Under the pieces are notes generated by a model. The model had not been told where the DNA came from, did not search any database, and saw nothing but the letters and a program-made list of their open reading frames with translations. This document shows, piece after piece, positions 62,645 to 64,000 of a DNA stretch of 64,000 nt (its first letter is position 1; every line of letters begins with the position of its first letter). This stretch comes from an uncultured delta proteobacterium (lineage in GTDB: Bacteria > Myxococcota > Myxococcia > Myxococcales > Myxococcaceae), in contig CAVZMH010000015.1 in the NCBI GenBank assembly GCA_963776345.1, forward strand, positions 1-64,000, in the 5' to 3' direction. A program made the translations under genes and the position numbers.

Positions 62645-63214
62645 ATGCTCTCCCCTGCTCCGACCTCCCGGGATCCCCGCCTCGACATCTCGCAGGCCCG
62701 CCAGGTGCTCAAGGAGGCCCTGCGCACCCACGATGCGCGGGAGATCGTCCGGTGGCTCCAGGAGAACACCCACGAGCTCACCCGCTCCCGCTTCTTCGAG
62801 CTGATGTTCTCGTTCGGGCCGCTGGCCGGAACCCTCCTGAACGCCGTGTCGCAGCTGCTCCCCGCCGAGCGCCGCCTCCTGGGCGAGGCGCTGGGCCGGG
62901 CGTTCGCGCTCGGCGCGGTCCGTCCCGAGGACGTCCGCCGCGCGGTCCCGGAGCACTGGAGCGGCGCCGCGCCCGGGGACCCCCACCTGGGGCTGGCGGA
63001 GGTGCTCATCCTCACCGGCCGCCCGGCGATGGTCCTCATCTACCTGGAGCGCGAGCTGGAGATCTGCCGGAAGCCGCACGGACAGGACCGGCAGCGCATC
63101 GCAGCGGCGCGCATGGCGTTCATCGCGCTCCCCGCCGATGTCCGGGCCGAGCTGCAGTCCCGGCACGCCGAGCTCTCGCCCGGACCGGCGAGCCCGAACG
63201 CCGAGGCGGCCTGA
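62645..63214 (+). CDS. Hypothetical protein
   Basis: 189-aa ORF with genome-typical codon usage filling the ridA-relA gap. Confidence 0.65.
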   Translation: MLSPAPTSRDPRLDISQARQVLKEALRTHDAREIVRWLQENTHELTRSRFFELMFSFGPLAGTLLNAVSQLLPAERRLLGEALGRAFALGAVRPEDVRRAVPEHWSGAAPGDPHLGLAEVLILTGRPAMVLIYLERELEICRKPHGQDRQRIAAARMAFIALPADVRAELQSRHAELSPGPASPNAEAA

Positions 63215-63218
63215 GCAG

Positions 63219-64000
63219 TTAGACGCGCTCCACCGAGTACACGCCCTTCAGCCGCTCGATGGTCTTCATGAGATCGGTGAGCTGCTTCAGGTCCGAGATG
63301 GTGACCTCGAAGGTGTTCACCGCCCGGTCGTCGCCCGTCGCCCGGCAGTTCGCCTGGCTGATGTTGACGCCCTTCTTGCTGAAGATGTTCGACATGTCGG
63401 CCAGGAGGCCCGGCCGATCGGCGGTGAGCACCCGGAGCGTGACCGGCCGCTTGTAGTCGCCGCGCACGTCCCACGCGACGTCCACCCGGCGCTCGGGGTC
63501 AGTGGCCAGCGCGCGCTCGCAGCCCACGGTGTGCACCGTCACTCCCTGGTTCCGGGTGATGAAGCCGACGATGGGGTCACCGGGGACGGGGTTGCAGCAC
63601 CGGCCGAAGCGAACCAGCACGTCGTCCACCCCGCCGATGAGCACGCCAGTCCGGCTGCGGCGGCCGACCAGCTTCCTGGCCAGCTCGGTCACCCGGCCGA
63701 ACCCGTTCGCCGTCGGAGTCTCCGCACCGGTCTCCGAGGCAGGAGCCCCGTTGGCCGGCTCGGCCTTGGCGCTGCGCTCCTTCTCCGTCTCGGCCAGCTT
63801 CTCAGGCGGGAGGAGCCGGGCCAGCAGCTGGTTGGGCACGACCTTGCCGTACCCGACCGCCACCATCAGGTCGTCCTCGATGCGGTACCCCAGCTCGGCC
63901 GCCACCGGCTTCAGTTCGCCTGCCCGGAGCAGCTTGTTCAGGTTCAGGCCGACGCGGCGGAACTCCTTGTCCAGGAGCTCGCGGCCGAGCTGCTGGCTCT
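63219..64000 (-). CDS. relA: RelA/SpoT (p)ppGpp synthetase/hydrolase, 3' part
   Basis: GRELLDKEF, CCNPVPGDPIVGFITR.QGVTVH, ACT domain DRPGLLAD; frame open to the window edge. Confidence 0.93.
   Translation of the reverse strand, partial: SQQLGRELLDKEFRRVGLNLNKLLRAGELKPVAAELGYRIEDDLMVAVGYGKVVPNQLLARLLPPEKLAETEKERSAKAEPANGAPASETGAETPTANGFGRVTELARKLVGRRSRTGVLIGGVDDVLVRFGRCCNPVPGDPIVGFITRNQGVTVHTVGCERALATDPERRVDVAWDVRGDYKRPVTLRVLTADRPGLLADMSNIFSKKGVNISQANCRATGDDRAVNTFEVTISDLKQLTDLMKTIERLKGVYSVERV

Overview
High-GC window, most likely from a myxobacterium (Myxococcota). This is inferred from TIGR02266 PilZ, DUF4388 and tandem-DsbA genes and from ribosomal proteins with extensions. 1-11.4 kb: S10-spc ribosomal superoperon on the minus strand (rpsJ to secY-adk-map), cleanly lacking rplC. 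11.5-21.7 kb: a ~10 kb accessory block sits where tuf normally lies. It holds a membrane diguanylate cyclase, a Tat-exported PvdN-like PLP enzyme, an IorAB-type molybdoenzyme with a cytochrome lipoprotein, a Na+/solute symporter, an NmrA oxidoreductase, an AraC remnant and a triheme cytochrome. 21.7-24.7 kb: str operon (rpsL-rpsG-fusA, no tuf). The remainder is housekeeping and myxobacterial genes: rimI, dnaJ, hybrid kinase, argS, plsB, subtilase, rlmI-like, hydrolases, a diiron protein coupled to thiS-thiG-thiE, a full ccmA-I cytochrome c maturation operon behind a sigma54-type promoter, PBP, ABC exporter, PilZ, TusA-like, DsbA, ridA and the relA 3' end. Best hidden signal: a lipoprotein TlpA/ResA thioredoxin missed by the ORF track because an in-frame TGA occupies the first Cys of its CxxC motif (U-G-V-C) and is followed by a textbook bacterial SECIS hairpin, i.e. 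a selenoprotein. Other candidate novel systems are the diiron-thiSGE operon lacking thiO/thiH and the PvdN-like/Mo-enzyme periplasmic module. Five apparent +1 insertions (one in essential rpsL) and a lost rplN stop suggest residual consensus errors. No rRNA, tRNA, CRISPR or mobile element was recognised. All family calls are from motif recognition, without database searches.
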